From the NCBI GenBank assembly GCA_049419605.1, contig JBMSKF010000003.1, forward strand, positions 14,750 through 78,749: DNA of 64,000 nucleotides, written 5' to 3'. Source of the stretch: Bacilli bacterium (GTDB lineage: Bacteria; Bacillota_I; Bacilli_A; RFN20; CAG-826). Shown here in pieces: positions 19,033 through 28,996 of the stretch. Made by a program: the position numbers and the translations under genes. Under the pieces are notes generated by a model that was not told the DNA's origin, did no database searches, and was given only the letters and a program-made list of their open reading frames with translations. Every line of letters begins with the position of its first letter. Positions within the stretch are counted from its first letter, which is position 1.

Positions 19033-20256
19033 ATGGCCCTAGATATTCCTGTATTTATCTTAGAAATTGGTTCAGGTACCATTAAATTACTTGCAGGTTA
19101 TGAGCTCAATGCTCGACCTGTTATTTTGCATGTCATGCAATCGGAATATCATCGTGTTTTAATGCAGGATAAATTTGTCGATCCTAACAAATCAACTCAA
19201 ATCATCAAAAAATTAATTCGTGACATGGAAATTCATCTTGGGAAAAAATGTGAATCCATCCATGTCGTATTACCGCCAACTCATCTTGAAGTCTTCCATG
19301 GAGAAAAGCGTACCAATACCGTGGATCCTCACGGAATTATTCATCCAATGGATATTCATAATTTACATTCAATGTTTCAAAAAGAATTTGTAGGGACCAA
19401 TGTTGCTCAAGTTTGTATTGTTCCGATGACTTATCAAATCGATGGCGATAAGTATTCTGTTAATCCTCCCATTGGAGAACCAACTTCTAATATTGTACTT
19501 CAAGCTTATGTTCAGTACATTTTATCTAGTTTTTTTCAAGGTGTTTTACAAGTCATGCAAGCAGTTGGTATTAAAGTCAAACGATACATCCTCGATGGCC
19601 AAGGCATTGCGGACATTATTGAAACCCAATATAAAGATTTTGTTGCTACCTATGTGTTAATTGATCATGGTGCAAATCAAACCAACCTTAATTTAATTTC
19701 GCAACATAAGCTCATTCGCTCAGAAACTTTAGAAACAGGATCGGAGCAATTAACGGCCATTATTGCAAATCGATTTGGTATTACCACGGATGAGGCAAGA
19801 ACGTTAAAAGAAAAATTTGGTTTTGAAACCCGTGAAAAAATCTTTGATGGCATCATTTATCAACAAAATGGCGTTGTGATCCGTCAATCGAATTTTAACC
19901 AAGTGATAAAAGAATTTTATGATCATCTAATTGAAGAAATGATGATGACATTGCAAGAGTATCGCGTTGATCACGAAACGATGGATCTTACCGATATGAA
20001 GTTTGTATTAGTAGGGGGTGGCGCTGCTTTACCAGGTATTACAACCTTACTTAAGACGCTCGGACAAGGCCAAGGTGTTGAAAAACCTTACATTCGAACG
20101 GTCGGTGCAAGGCATTCACAAACGTTATCATTGCTTGGTGGATTGCGCTTTAGCTATCGATATACCTTAGTGGAAGATGATGTCAGAATCTTCACGCGCC
20201 TAGAAAGACAAGCTCCTTCGGCAAAACGCCGTTTCGTCAATTATGACGAAGAATAA
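19033..20256 (+). CDS. ftsA: cell division protein FtsA
   Basis: Actin-fold MALDIPVFILEIGSGTIKLLAGY...VLVGGGAALPGI. Start trimmed from the track's TTG 18949 to ATG 19033 (SD AAAGGA). Confidence 0.85.
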   Translation: MALDIPVFILEIGSGTIKLLAGYELNARPVILHVMQSEYHRVLMQDKFVDPNKSTQIIKKLIRDMEIHLGKKCESIHVVLPPTHLEVFHGEKRTNTVDPHGIIHPMDIHNLHSMFQKEFVGTNVAQVCIVPMTYQIDGDKYSVNPPIGEPTSNIVLQAYVQYILSSFFQGVLQVMQAVGIKVKRYILDGQGIADIIETQYKDFVATYVLIDHGANQTNLNLISQHKLIRSETLETGSEQLTAIIANRFGITTDEARTLKEKFGFETREKIFDGIIYQQNGVVIRQSNFNQVIKEFYDHLIEEMMMTLQEYRVDHETMDLTDMKFVLVGGGAALPGITTLLKTLGQGQGVEKPYIRTVGARHSQTLSLLGGLRFSYRYTLVEDDVRIFTRLERQAPSAKRRFVNYDEE

Positions 20257-20276
20257 AAAGAAAGAGGATTTTTAAC

Positions 20277-21407
20277 ATGGGAAGAGAAAAATTTGTGGTC
20301 GATAGTAGCGAACCAGCAGCAAAAATTATTGTCATTGGTGTCGGTGGTGCTGGCAATAATGCTGTGAATCGCATGATTGCTGAAAACATGAATCATGTTG
20401 AATTTTTTGTCGCTAACACAGATAAACAAGTCCTTCAGACCTCTCAAGCAAAGAATCGACTTATATTAGGTGAAAAAACCACACATGGTCTTGGTGCCGG
20501 TGGTTCTCCTGAAGTTGGAAAATTAGCCGCTGAAGAATCCAAAGAAGAAATTGCAGAAATTGTCAAAGGTGCCAACATGGTATTTATTGCTGCTGGGATG
20601 GGTGGCGGAACGGGAACAGGTGCTGCCCCAGTGATTGCCCGTATCGCTCGTGAGGCAAAAGCACTGACAATTGCGATTGTCACTAGACCTTTTACATTTG
20701 AAGGAAAAGGAAGAATTGCCAACTCGGTTAAAGGTCTAAATGAGTTAAGGGAAGCGGTCGACGCCATTATCATTGTTTCTAACGATAAATTATTAATGTC
20801 AGCGGGAAACCAACCCATTGGTCAAGCCTTTAAACTGGCGGACGATGTTCTTGCCCGTTCGGTTAAAACGGTTACCGATTTAATTTTAATGCCTGCGGTT
20901 ATTAACCTTGATTTTGCCGATGTAAGAAATGTTTTAAGAAATTCAGGTTTAGCTTTAATTGGTTTTGGTTTAGGTCAAGGACCGAATAAAGCATTTGAAG
21001 CAGCTCAAAGTGCAGTGAGTTCACCTCTATTAGAATCTAGCTTAACGGGCGCATCCAAAGCGATTGTTGCCGTGACTTGCGGACCATTAGTGTCTTTATA
21101 TGAAGCTCAAGAAACCGTGGATCGAATTCGAGAAATTGCTAGCACGAATCTCGACATCAAGTTTGGTGTGAATATCAACGATCAATTAACGGATCAAATT
21201 TTAGTCTCAGTCATTGCCGCGCAATTCCCTGAAGAATATGACTATACGACGGTACCAAGCCCTTTAACAAAGACGGCTGGTACGGTTAATAAGATTGAAC
21301 CTGAACAAGGATTATTAAAACCACAAGATCCCTTACCTAAAGTTGAAGTGAAAGAAGATGATGAAGACTTACTACCAGAATTTTTATCAGGCAAGAAATT
21401 ATCTTAA
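20277..21407 (+). CDS. ftsZ: cell division GTPase FtsZ
   Basis: 376 aa. GVGGAGNNAV, GMGGGTGTGAAP, and C-terminal peptide DLLPEFL. Confidence 0.96.
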   Translation: MGREKFVVDSSEPAAKIIVIGVGGAGNNAVNRMIAENMNHVEFFVANTDKQVLQTSQAKNRLILGEKTTHGLGAGGSPEVGKLAAEESKEEIAEIVKGANMVFIAAGMGGGTGTGAAPVIARIAREAKALTIAIVTRPFTFEGKGRIANSVKGLNELREAVDAIIIVSNDKLLMSAGNQPIGQAFKLADDVLARSVKTVTDLILMPAVINLDFADVRNVLRNSGLALIGFGLGQGPNKAFEAAQSAVSSPLLESSLTGASKAIVAVTCGPLVSLYEAQETVDRIREIASTNLDIKFGVNINDQLTDQILVSVIAAQFPEEYDYTTVPSPLTKTAGTVNKIEPEQGLLKPQDPLPKVEVKEDDEDLLPEFLSGKKLS

Positions 21408-21439
21408 TTAAGATATATCTTTTTAGCGTATAATTAATG

Positions 21440-21651
21440 TAACCGTTGAAGAAGACACATGGATGTTTGCCTAGAGACTTCGTGGTTGGTGCAAACGAAG
21501 AAACCCATCCATATCCCTTCTGAGGGTGAACTGAATCAAGTAAGAACACCGGAACCTCCCGTTATCGAGGCCAATGAAGTGCGTTGTTTACAACGAATCA
21601 AGGTGGTACCACGTTCATCCCACGTCCTTGTCATAAGGACGTTTTATTTTT
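21440..21651 (+). promoter_or_regulatory. T-box leader (Ile specifier AUC) controlling ileS
   Basis: -10 TATAAT at 21429..21434. Stem I base GAAG...ATGGATG/CATCCAT-ATCC-CTTC with AUC at 21513..21515. T-box core AATCAAGGTGGTACCACG at 21596..21613. Terminator CGTCCTT/AAGGACG at 21623..21641 plus a U-run. Confidence 0.88.
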
Positions 21652-21662
21652 AAGGAGCATGT

Positions 21663-24383
21663 ATGGAATTAAAAGAAACATTATTGATGCCAAAAACAAC
21701 CTTCGAAATGAAGGCAAATTTACCGGTTAAAGAACCGCTTTTCATCGCCTATTGGCAAGAGCAAAAACTTTATGAAAAGATGCGAGAAAAGAATCAAGGT
21801 AAACCAGAATACCAACTCCATGACGGTCCGCCTTACGCTAATGGTGATATGCATGTGGGTCACATGTTAAATCGTATTTTGAAAGATATGGTGATTCGTT
21901 ATCAACATATGTTAGGTCATGATACTCCTTTTGTTTTCGGTTGGGACACCCATGGATTACCGATTGAAAATTACATCACTAAAAAAGGTGTCAATCGTAA
22001 AACCATGACGATCGCAGATTTTCGTGCCTTGTGTGATGCATTTGCTAAAGAACAAGTTGAAAAACAAAAAAATCAAATTCGTCGCTTAGGCGTTGTTGGT
22101 GATTTTGACCACCCATATTTAACTTTAGATCCTCAATTTGAGGCTGCTCAAATTGGCGTCTTTGCAAAAATGGCGCTTAAAGGCCTGATCTATAAAGGTT
22201 TAAAACCAGTTTATTGGTCACCAAGCAGTGAATCTGCACTCGCAGAAGCAGAAATTGTTTATGAAGATGTGACCGACCAAGCGATCCATGTCGGATTTAA
22301 AGTTGTTCAAGGTAAAGGCATCTTACCCAACGATGCTCACGTGGTGATTTGGACGACAACGCCTTGGACCATTCCTGCGAATCTTGCGATTTCCGCGCAT
22401 CCCCAATTTGATTATGGAGTCTATCAAACCAATCAAGGAGTGCTAGTCTTTGCAGTCTCCTTAGCTGCAACTGTTCAATCCCAATTAGGATTAACGCAAT
22501 GTGATTTAATCCAAACCATTAAAGGAAAAGCATTAGAAGGCGTTGAAACACAACACCCTTTTTATCACCGATCCTCACCGATTATTTTGGGTGAACACGT
22601 AACCAATGATACGGGGACTGGATTTGTCCATACAGCTCCAGGTCATGGTGAAGAAGATTTTATCGTTGGCACTAAATATAAACTTCCGCCTTTATGCCCT
22701 GTCGATAGTCGAGGCTTTATGACTGAAGAAGCTGGGCCAGATCTGCAAGGATTATTTTATGCAGATGCTAATGGGAAAGTGATTGAAAAATTAACGACAG
22801 TAAAAGCTTTACTTGCAGTTCATCCTTATCATCACCCTTATCCGCATGACTGGCGTACAGGTAAACCTTTAATTTATCGAGCAACTCCGCAATGGTTCGC
22901 ATCGATTGAGCCTATTCGCGAAACGTTACTCAATGAAATTGCCCGAGTCAAATGGACACCTTCTTGGGGTCAAGTTAGAATTCACAATATGATTAAAGAA
23001 CGAGGGGATTGGTGTATCTCACGGCAACGCACTTGGGGAGTTCCGATTCCGATTCTTTATCATGAAGATGGCACCCCAATTATTGAAGAACAAGTATTTC
23101 AACACATTCAACAATTGATTGAGAAACATGGGAGTTCCTATTGGTTTAGTGCGGATGCAAAAGATTTATTACCTCCTGGGTATCGCCATGCAAAATCACC
23201 GAACTCACAATTTAAAAAAGAAACAGACATCATGGATGTTTGGTTTGACTCCGGTTCTAGTGCGTTAGCCGTATTAAAAAAACGCGGAATGAAATTTCCT
23301 GCAGACCTTTATTTAGAAGGCAGTGATCAATACCGCGGTTGGTTTAACTCTTCGTTAATCATTGCAGTGGCTACAGAAGGCGTTTCCCCTTATCAAAATA
23401 TCGTCTCGCACGGATTTGTTGTCGATGGTAAAGGTGAAAAAATGTCAAAATCTAAAGGTAATGGGATTGATCCTTTAAAAATGATGCAAGTGTATGGTGC
23501 CGATATTATGCGTTTATGGGCTGCTTCGATTGATTACACTTCTGATGCAAGAGCCAGTGAAGATATTTTCAAGGGAAATGCTGAAGCATACCGGAAGATT
23601 CGAAATACCTTTAAATTTATGTTAGGGAACTTAGCAGATGGAGAAGGTTTGTTTAATCCAAAACGACATCCCATTAGTTCATATAGTTGGATTGATCAAT
23701 TGATCTTATCAAAATTAAACGCTGTCACCAGCGAAGTGAAACAAGCGATGGATCAATTTAATTTTTCCGAGGCGACCTCCACTTTGTTAACATTCATGAC
23801 CCAAGATTTATCATCCTTCTATTTAGATATCACCAAAGACATTTTATATTGTGAAGCAAAAACATCCTTAAGACGTTTACAAGTCCAACATGTTCTTTAC
23901 CGCGTGACTTTGCAATTAATGAAACTGTGGACCCCCATCATGCCGTTCACGATGGAAGAAGTGTTCCGATTATTTTCGATGCCAGGTATCGTCTCAGCCC
24001 AGTTATTGGATTACCCGTCTATTGAAAACAATAACGATGCTGACCTAGGCATGTATCAATCTTTTATGAAATTAAAAGAAGTCGCCAATAAAACGTTAGA
24101 AGGACTTCGTAGTCAAAATCAAATTGGTAGTTCACAAGAAGCAACCCTTACGTTGAATGCGCCAAAAGGATTGGCAGAAGCGCTTAATACTTTAGCCCCT
24201 CGAGAAAGAAATCGCTTGTTTATCGCCAGCCAAGTTCATGTCAAAGAAGGCCAAGACATGAAAGCTGAAGCCCAACCTGCAGGTGGTCATAAATGTCCCC
24301 GCTGCTGGAATTATTTTTCTACGTTGCATCCATTTGCAGAACACCAAGTTTGTGATCGTTGTTTAGAGGTCTTAACATTGTGA
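21663..24383 (+). CDS. ileS: isoleucine--tRNA ligase
   Basis: 906 aa. HVGH and KMSKSKGN motifs. C-terminal Zn motif CPRCW...CDRC. Confidence 0.96.
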   Translation: MELKETLLMPKTTFEMKANLPVKEPLFIAYWQEQKLYEKMREKNQGKPEYQLHDGPPYANGDMHVGHMLNRILKDMVIRYQHMLGHDTPFVFGWDTHGLPIENYITKKGVNRKTMTIADFRALCDAFAKEQVEKQKNQIRRLGVVGDFDHPYLTLDPQFEAAQIGVFAKMALKGLIYKGLKPVYWSPSSESALAEAEIVYEDVTDQAIHVGFKVVQGKGILPNDAHVVIWTTTPWTIPANLAISAHPQFDYGVYQTNQGVLVFAVSLAATVQSQLGLTQCDLIQTIKGKALEGVETQHPFYHRSSPIILGEHVTNDTGTGFVHTAPGHGEEDFIVGTKYKLPPLCPVDSRGFMTEEAGPDLQGLFYADANGKVIEKLTTVKALLAVHPYHHPYPHDWRTGKPLIYRATPQWFASIEPIRETLLNEIARVKWTPSWGQVRIHNMIKERGDWCISRQRTWGVPIPILYHEDGTPIIEEQVFQHIQQLIEKHGSSYWFSADAKDLLPPGYRHAKSPNSQFKKETDIMDVWFDSGSSALAVLKKRGMKFPADLYLEGSDQYRGWFNSSLIIAVATEGVSPYQNIVSHGFVVDGKGEKMSKSKGNGIDPLKMMQVYGADIMRLWAASIDYTSDARASEDIFKGNAEAYRKIRNTFKFMLGNLADGEGLFNPKRHPISSYSWIDQLILSKLNAVTSEVKQAMDQFNFSEATSTLLTFMTQDLSSFYLDITKDILYCEAKTSLRRLQVQHVLYRVTLQLMKLWTPIMPFTMEEVFRLFSMPGIVSAQLLDYPSIENNNDADLGMYQSFMKLKEVANKTLEGLRSQNQIGSSQEATLTLNAPKGLAEALNTLAPRERNRLFIASQVHVKEGQDMKAEAQPAGGHKCPRCWNYFSTLHPFAEHQVCDRCLEVLTL

Positions 24384-24859
24384 AAAAAAACTTGCTAGGC
24401 TATTTCAAAACGACTTATGTTCACATCTTTTGGATAGCAGTTCTTTTTGATTTTTTGACGAAAATTTGGATGGCATCTATTGAGATTAATCAGACCGTTA
24501 TCGAAGGATTTTTTTACCTTCATTATAGTCGCAATACCGGTGCAGCTTGGTCTATTTTATCTGGCAATCAATGGATACTAGCGATGATTTCTTTCACGGT
24601 TGGTGTGTCTTTGTTTTACTATTATTTGCAACGATTCACCTCATTTAACAAATGGAATCATCTTGCAATCAACCTCTTTTTAGCAGGAACTTGGGGTAAT
24701 TTTATTGATCGTGCCTTTTATTCAGAAGGGGTCATTGATTTTTTATCTTTTCATTTTGGTCAGTATATTTTTCCAACCTTCAATGTCGCCGATAGCGTCT
24801 TAACTATTGGTGTGATCATTTTAATCGTTACAAGTTTATTTGAAAGGCCAAGCAAGTGA
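24380..24859 (+). CDS. lspA: lipoprotein signal peptidase II
   Basis: SRNTGAAWSIL and FNVADS motifs, 4 TM. I prefer GTG 24380 (GTGA overlap with the ileS stop). The track's start at 24359 is the alternative. Confidence 0.85.
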   Translation: MKKNLLGYFKTTYVHIFWIAVLFDFLTKIWMASIEINQTVIEGFFYLHYSRNTGAAWSILSGNQWILAMISFTVGVSLFYYYLQRFTSFNKWNHLAINLFLAGTWGNFIDRAFYSEGVIDFLSFHFGQYIFPTFNVADSVLTIGVIILIVTSLFERPSK

Positions 24860-25749
24860 AAATCTCATCGACTGACGTTAATGCACGTCTAGATCAGTGG
24901 TTAGTGAAAACAAATCCTATCCATTCTCGCGCTAGATGGCAATCCTTAATTGAGGATGGTTATGTTCTGATTAACGATGCCAAATCAAAATCTAGTTATC
25001 GCTTACAAATGAACGATGAGATTACGATTTTGCCATTTTTGACTGAAGAAATTTCTTTACAACCAGAAAATATTCCCCTTACGATTCTTTATCAAGATTC
25101 AGATCTTGCCATCATTGATAAACCTCAAGGATTGGTCGTGCATCCTGCCCCTGGACATGCCAATGGAACCTTAGTGAATGCTTTACTATTTCACTTAAAA
25201 GATTTAAGTGGCATTAATGGTGTCATTCGTCCGGGCATTGTCCATCGCTTGGATAAAGATACATCTGGATTGATGGTCGTTGCTAAACATGATTTAGCCC
25301 ATCGGTTTCTTGCTAGCCAGTTAAAAGACCATGAGATGAAACGTGATTACTATGCTTTAGTCAGAGGGGTTGTAAAAGAAAATAAAGGAAAAATTATTGC
25401 GCCAATCGGACGTGATCCTGATGATCGATTAGCAATGGATGTGGTCGCCGAAGGAAAACCCGCCGAAACGAGCTTTGAAGTCATTGAACGTTTTTCAAAT
25501 CATACCTTATTATCCTGTCATCTCGCGACTGGACGAACGCATCAAATTCGTGTTCATATGAATTTTATACACAGACCCATTGAAAGTGATCCTGTTTACA
25601 CCCCACAAAAACATCCTTTACACAAAGGTGGCCAACTATTACATGCGTATCAACTTACGCTTGTTCACCCTACCACAAAGAAAAAGGTGACGTTTACGTC
25701 ACCTTTACCGGATTATTTTAATGGCATTTTAGATAAACTAAGAACCTAG
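24856..25749 (+). CDS. rluD: RluA-family 23S rRNA pseudouridine synthase (RluD-like)
   Basis: 297 aa. S4 N-terminal domain, HRLDKDTSGLMV, GRTHQIRVH. GTGA overlap with lspA. Confidence 0.9.
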   Translation: MKISSTDVNARLDQWLVKTNPIHSRARWQSLIEDGYVLINDAKSKSSYRLQMNDEITILPFLTEEISLQPENIPLTILYQDSDLAIIDKPQGLVVHPAPGHANGTLVNALLFHLKDLSGINGVIRPGIVHRLDKDTSGLMVVAKHDLAHRFLASQLKDHEMKRDYYALVRGVVKENKGKIIAPIGRDPDDRLAMDVVAEGKPAETSFEVIERFSNHTLLSCHLATGRTHQIRVHMNFIHRPIESDPVYTPQKHPLHKGGQLLHAYQLTLVHPTTKKKVTFTSPLPDYFNGILDKLRT

Positions 25750-26634
25750 TTTATCCGTAATTCTTTTTAAGGTCTTAAAATTGGTTTTACAAATACCTTT
25801 TAAGGTTTCTAATCCATGATGCTGGGCAAATTCAAAGGCAAATTGCTCCACTTTATCGGAGGCACCAAAAGGTAATTTAACCGTAAAAATTCTTCCCATA
25901 TCATTCATCGCGCGGATAAATTTAGCTCTTGCTAGGATGCTACTTGCAGCAACCGCTAAATAAAGGCTTTCTGCTTTTTCCTTTAGAACTAAATGAGGGA
26001 TTGGTGGTAATCCAATTAGGTAACTATGAAATTTTTCTTCACTTGCAAATTGGTCAATAACCATCGGTGCTTCGATGTTAACTTTTTGCTTGAGGGTCAA
26101 CAATGCATGATGATGAAGTTTAGCTTTAATTTGGTTTAAGTTATACCCTTTTGCGACCATTTCTTGATATTTAAGTGGGTTCACAATGGTCGTTACATGA
26201 GGAATACGTCCAGTCATTTGGTCTGCCATTTTAAGAATCATGGCATCGGGAATCAGTTTTGAATCTTTTACGCCTAATTCTTCTAAGAATTGGACATCTT
26301 TTTCTTGCACTAAGCTAGCGGTGACCACAACCGGTCCAAAAAAATCGCCTGTTCCAACTTCATCACTTCCATAATGATGCTTATGTGGGGTTGTTTTGGT
26401 TTCTTTTTTTAACCATAAAGCAGCATCTTCATCAAAATTAAAACCTTGATAGAGGACTTTATATTTTTCAGATTTAGGACTGTAAACGGAGACTGTAAAA
26501 TCAGGTAACTTTGCAAAAAAAACAATCGATGCATGCGGCGAGCTTTGTTGCTGATCCGCATAGAGGTCTTTAATTTTTTCGAATACGGTTTCCGTCACCA
26601 ATAAGGTTTTGGTATGCGCTGCTATTTTTTTCAC
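25738..26634 (-). CDS. rnhC: ribonuclease HIII
   Basis: 298 aa. N-terminal TBP-like domain plus SDEVGTGDFFGPVVV catalytic motif. Confidence 0.88.
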   Translation of the reverse strand: MKKIAAHTKTLLVTETVFEKIKDLYADQQQSSPHASIVFFAKLPDFTVSVYSPKSEKYKVLYQGFNFDEDAALWLKKETKTTPHKHHYGSDEVGTGDFFGPVVVTASLVQEKDVQFLEELGVKDSKLIPDAMILKMADQMTGRIPHVTTIVNPLKYQEMVAKGYNLNQIKAKLHHHALLTLKQKVNIEAPMVIDQFASEEKFHSYLIGLPPIPHLVLKEKAESLYLAVAASSILARAKFIRAMNDMGRIFTVKLPFGASDKVEQFAFEFAQHHGLETLKGICKTNFKTLKRITDKLGS

Positions 26635-26695
26635 TATCGTTATTATAACATTTATACACGTTCCCTAAACGTAGAGATGATATAGTTAAATAGAG

Positions 26696-28996
26696 ATGAA
26701 AACGCTTGTATCAATCCTTGAAATCCCCTTAATTCTTGAGCGAATCAAAGGGTATACAAAAACTTCACTTGGTCAACGATGGATTGTTGATCAAACTTTT
26801 ATTCTTGAATCCGAATTGACAATGAAAGGTAACCAAGTTGATGAAATGATGCGCTTGATGACTCGATTCAGCGCCTTACCGATTCAGACAAGCCATGATT
26901 TAGACGTTCATTTGGCCTCCATTGAAAAAGGTCGTGTGATTACGTTAGAAGCATTAATTGCAATCCAGCTAGACTTAAATACGATTGCAAAAATAAATGA
27001 ATTTGTTGGAACAATTAAACCCGAATTTCCATTGTTGGCAACCATTTGGAAATCTTTATCCCCCTGTAAATCTTTAAAATTGAAACTTGAATCCATTCTA
27101 ACTCCTCAAGGAACTATTCAAGATCATGCTTCAGAAAATCTTTACCGAATTCGTAAACGTTTGCATGCGATTGATGAACAAATGTTAAATCTTATTCAAT
27201 CCTTATTAACTCGTTACCAATCCCATTTAACTGAACCTATTTTTACCATGAAAAATGGTCATTTTGTTTTACCCGTTTCCACCTCAAGTAAAGGAAGCGT
27301 TCCCGGCATGATTCATGATGTGTCTAGTACTGGATTAACGACATTTATTGAACCCAAACCTCTAGTAGATTTATCCTTAGAAAAACAATTGTTATATGGT
27401 GAGGAGCAAGAAGAAATCTTTTTAATTCTGCAATCCTTAACAGACTTGATCAAACCTGAAACCGGAATTTTAAGAATGAACAATCAACGAATCGGGATGC
27501 TTGATGTGATTGAAGCTAAAGCGAAGTTTGGTCTAGAAACCCAAGGATATATTGCGGTATTATCGCCAACACCCCGTATTGAACTTGTTGGTGCACGGCA
27601 CCCATTGATTGATCCACAACATGTCGTAGCCAATGATTTTCTTTTAACTGAAAAACAATCCATCGTCATCATTTCTGGGCCAAACGCAGGCGGAAAAACG
27701 GTTGCAATGAAGACAGTTGGTTTATTTGTCTATTTACATCAACTTGCGATTCCATTACCCACACGACAACCGGCTAACTTATCTTATTTTAAAAATATTT
27801 ACGCTGATATTGGTGATCAACAAAGTGTCCTGGAAAACCTTTCTACATTTGCCGGTCATATTCAACAATTGGTGCCATTAACTGATCAAGTTAAACCCAA
27901 TGATTTGGTATTAATTGACGAATTAGGTACGGGGACTGATCCAAAAGAGGGAGAATCCCTTGCGAGATCGCTTCTGATTCACTTGCAAGCTAAACGAGCC
28001 TTTGTCATCGTATCCTCACACTTTCCAGGGTTAAAGAGTTTAGCCTTACAAGAACCAAGAATGGTCAATGCTTCCCTTCAATTTGATGAAGAAAAATTGG
28101 CTCCAACGTATCGTTTTATACTGGGACTTCCAGGAAAAAGTTATGGACTTATTATGGCAAAACGATATGGGCTTGCCCCACAAGTTGTTGCCCATGCAGA
28201 AAAATACTTGGCAGAACAACAAGCGTCTCAAGAACAAAAAACCCTGATTAAACTTCAAACTGAATTGCTCGAGGTAGAACAACTCAAGTCAAGTTTAATT
28301 TTAGAAAAAGAAGCTTTATTGACTCAACAAAAACAGCTTATTATTCAACAAAAACAACTACAAAATTTGCAACAACAATTTCAAGAAGACACGAAACAAA
28401 AACAAGCAGCTTTACTAGAGGAAACGCTAACGCAAGTCGAACAAACCATTAAGGCACTCGCCAATCCACAGTTAAAACTTCATGAAGCGATTGCGCTAAA
28501 ACAATCTTTATCCAAAGGTAATTTCATTGAAGATCCAGAATCCAATTCAACGACTGAATTGGTCATAGGAGATTATGTCAAAGAAAGTTCAACTGGCATG
28601 GTTGGAAAAATTGAAGCCATCAATGGTCAACAAGTCGTTGTAATTACCCGTGATGGTTTAACGTTAAAAGTGAAAGCCAATCAATTGCAAAAAACAACAG
28701 CCCCACCAAAGACTAAACCAACACAACCCATGCGTTCGATGGTAACCGGGAAGGCACCTTCCAGTCTTAATATCATCGGAATGCGTTATGAGGAAGCAAG
28801 AATCGCCGTTGAAAAGTATTATGACGCTGCTTTACTTTCCAATTTAAAAACTTTAAAAATAATCCATGGATTTGGTTCTGGAACCTTGCGGAAAATGGTA
28901 TTAGATTATTTTCAATCCTTATCAAGCGTCAAACGAATTCAACAGGGTGAAGGCGAACAATCAGGGTATGGGGTTACCATCATTCATTTAAAATGA
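26696..28996 (+). CDS. mutS2: endonuclease MutS2 (MutS-family ATPase with Smr domain)
   Basis: 766 aa. Walker A GPNAGGKT and C-terminal Smr domain (LNIIGMRYEEA...IIHGFGSGTLR). Confidence 0.92.
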   Translation: MKTLVSILEIPLILERIKGYTKTSLGQRWIVDQTFILESELTMKGNQVDEMMRLMTRFSALPIQTSHDLDVHLASIEKGRVITLEALIAIQLDLNTIAKINEFVGTIKPEFPLLATIWKSLSPCKSLKLKLESILTPQGTIQDHASENLYRIRKRLHAIDEQMLNLIQSLLTRYQSHLTEPIFTMKNGHFVLPVSTSSKGSVPGMIHDVSSTGLTTFIEPKPLVDLSLEKQLLYGEEQEEIFLILQSLTDLIKPETGILRMNNQRIGMLDVIEAKAKFGLETQGYIAVLSPTPRIELVGARHPLIDPQHVVANDFLLTEKQSIVIISGPNAGGKTVAMKTVGLFVYLHQLAIPLPTRQPANLSYFKNIYADIGDQQSVLENLSTFAGHIQQLVPLTDQVKPNDLVLIDELGTGTDPKEGESLARSLLIHLQAKRAFVIVSSHFPGLKSLALQEPRMVNASLQFDEEKLAPTYRFILGLPGKSYGLIMAKRYGLAPQVVAHAEKYLAEQQASQEQKTLIKLQTELLEVEQLKSSLILEKEALLTQQKQLIIQQKQLQNLQQQFQEDTKQKQAALLEETLTQVEQTIKALANPQLKLHEAIALKQSLSKGNFIEDPESNSTTELVIGDYVKESSTGMVGKIEAINGQQVVVITRDGLTLKVKANQLQKTTAPPKTKPTQPMRSMVTGKAPSSLNIIGMRYEEARIAVEKYYDAALLSNLKTLKIIHGFGSGTLRKMVLDYFQSLSSVKRIQQGEGEQSGYGVTIIHLK

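Noticed and set aside
20444-20818. 124-aa minus-strand ORF inside ftsZ, plus similar antisense ORFs at 550..750, 4540..4887, 14327..14605, 32825..33106, 43602..43817 and 56819..57082
   Set aside because: Each lies entirely antisense to a confidently identified conserved gene. None has an SD, and their low-complexity products mirror the Gly/Ala- or Lys/Glu-rich sense frame. These are typical shadow ORFs.
21459-21653. 64-aa plus-strand ORF between ftsZ and ileS
   Set aside because: It coincides with the Ile T-box leader, including the GGTGGTACCACG core and the terminator. The RNA element explains the conservation signal better than a coding gene does.
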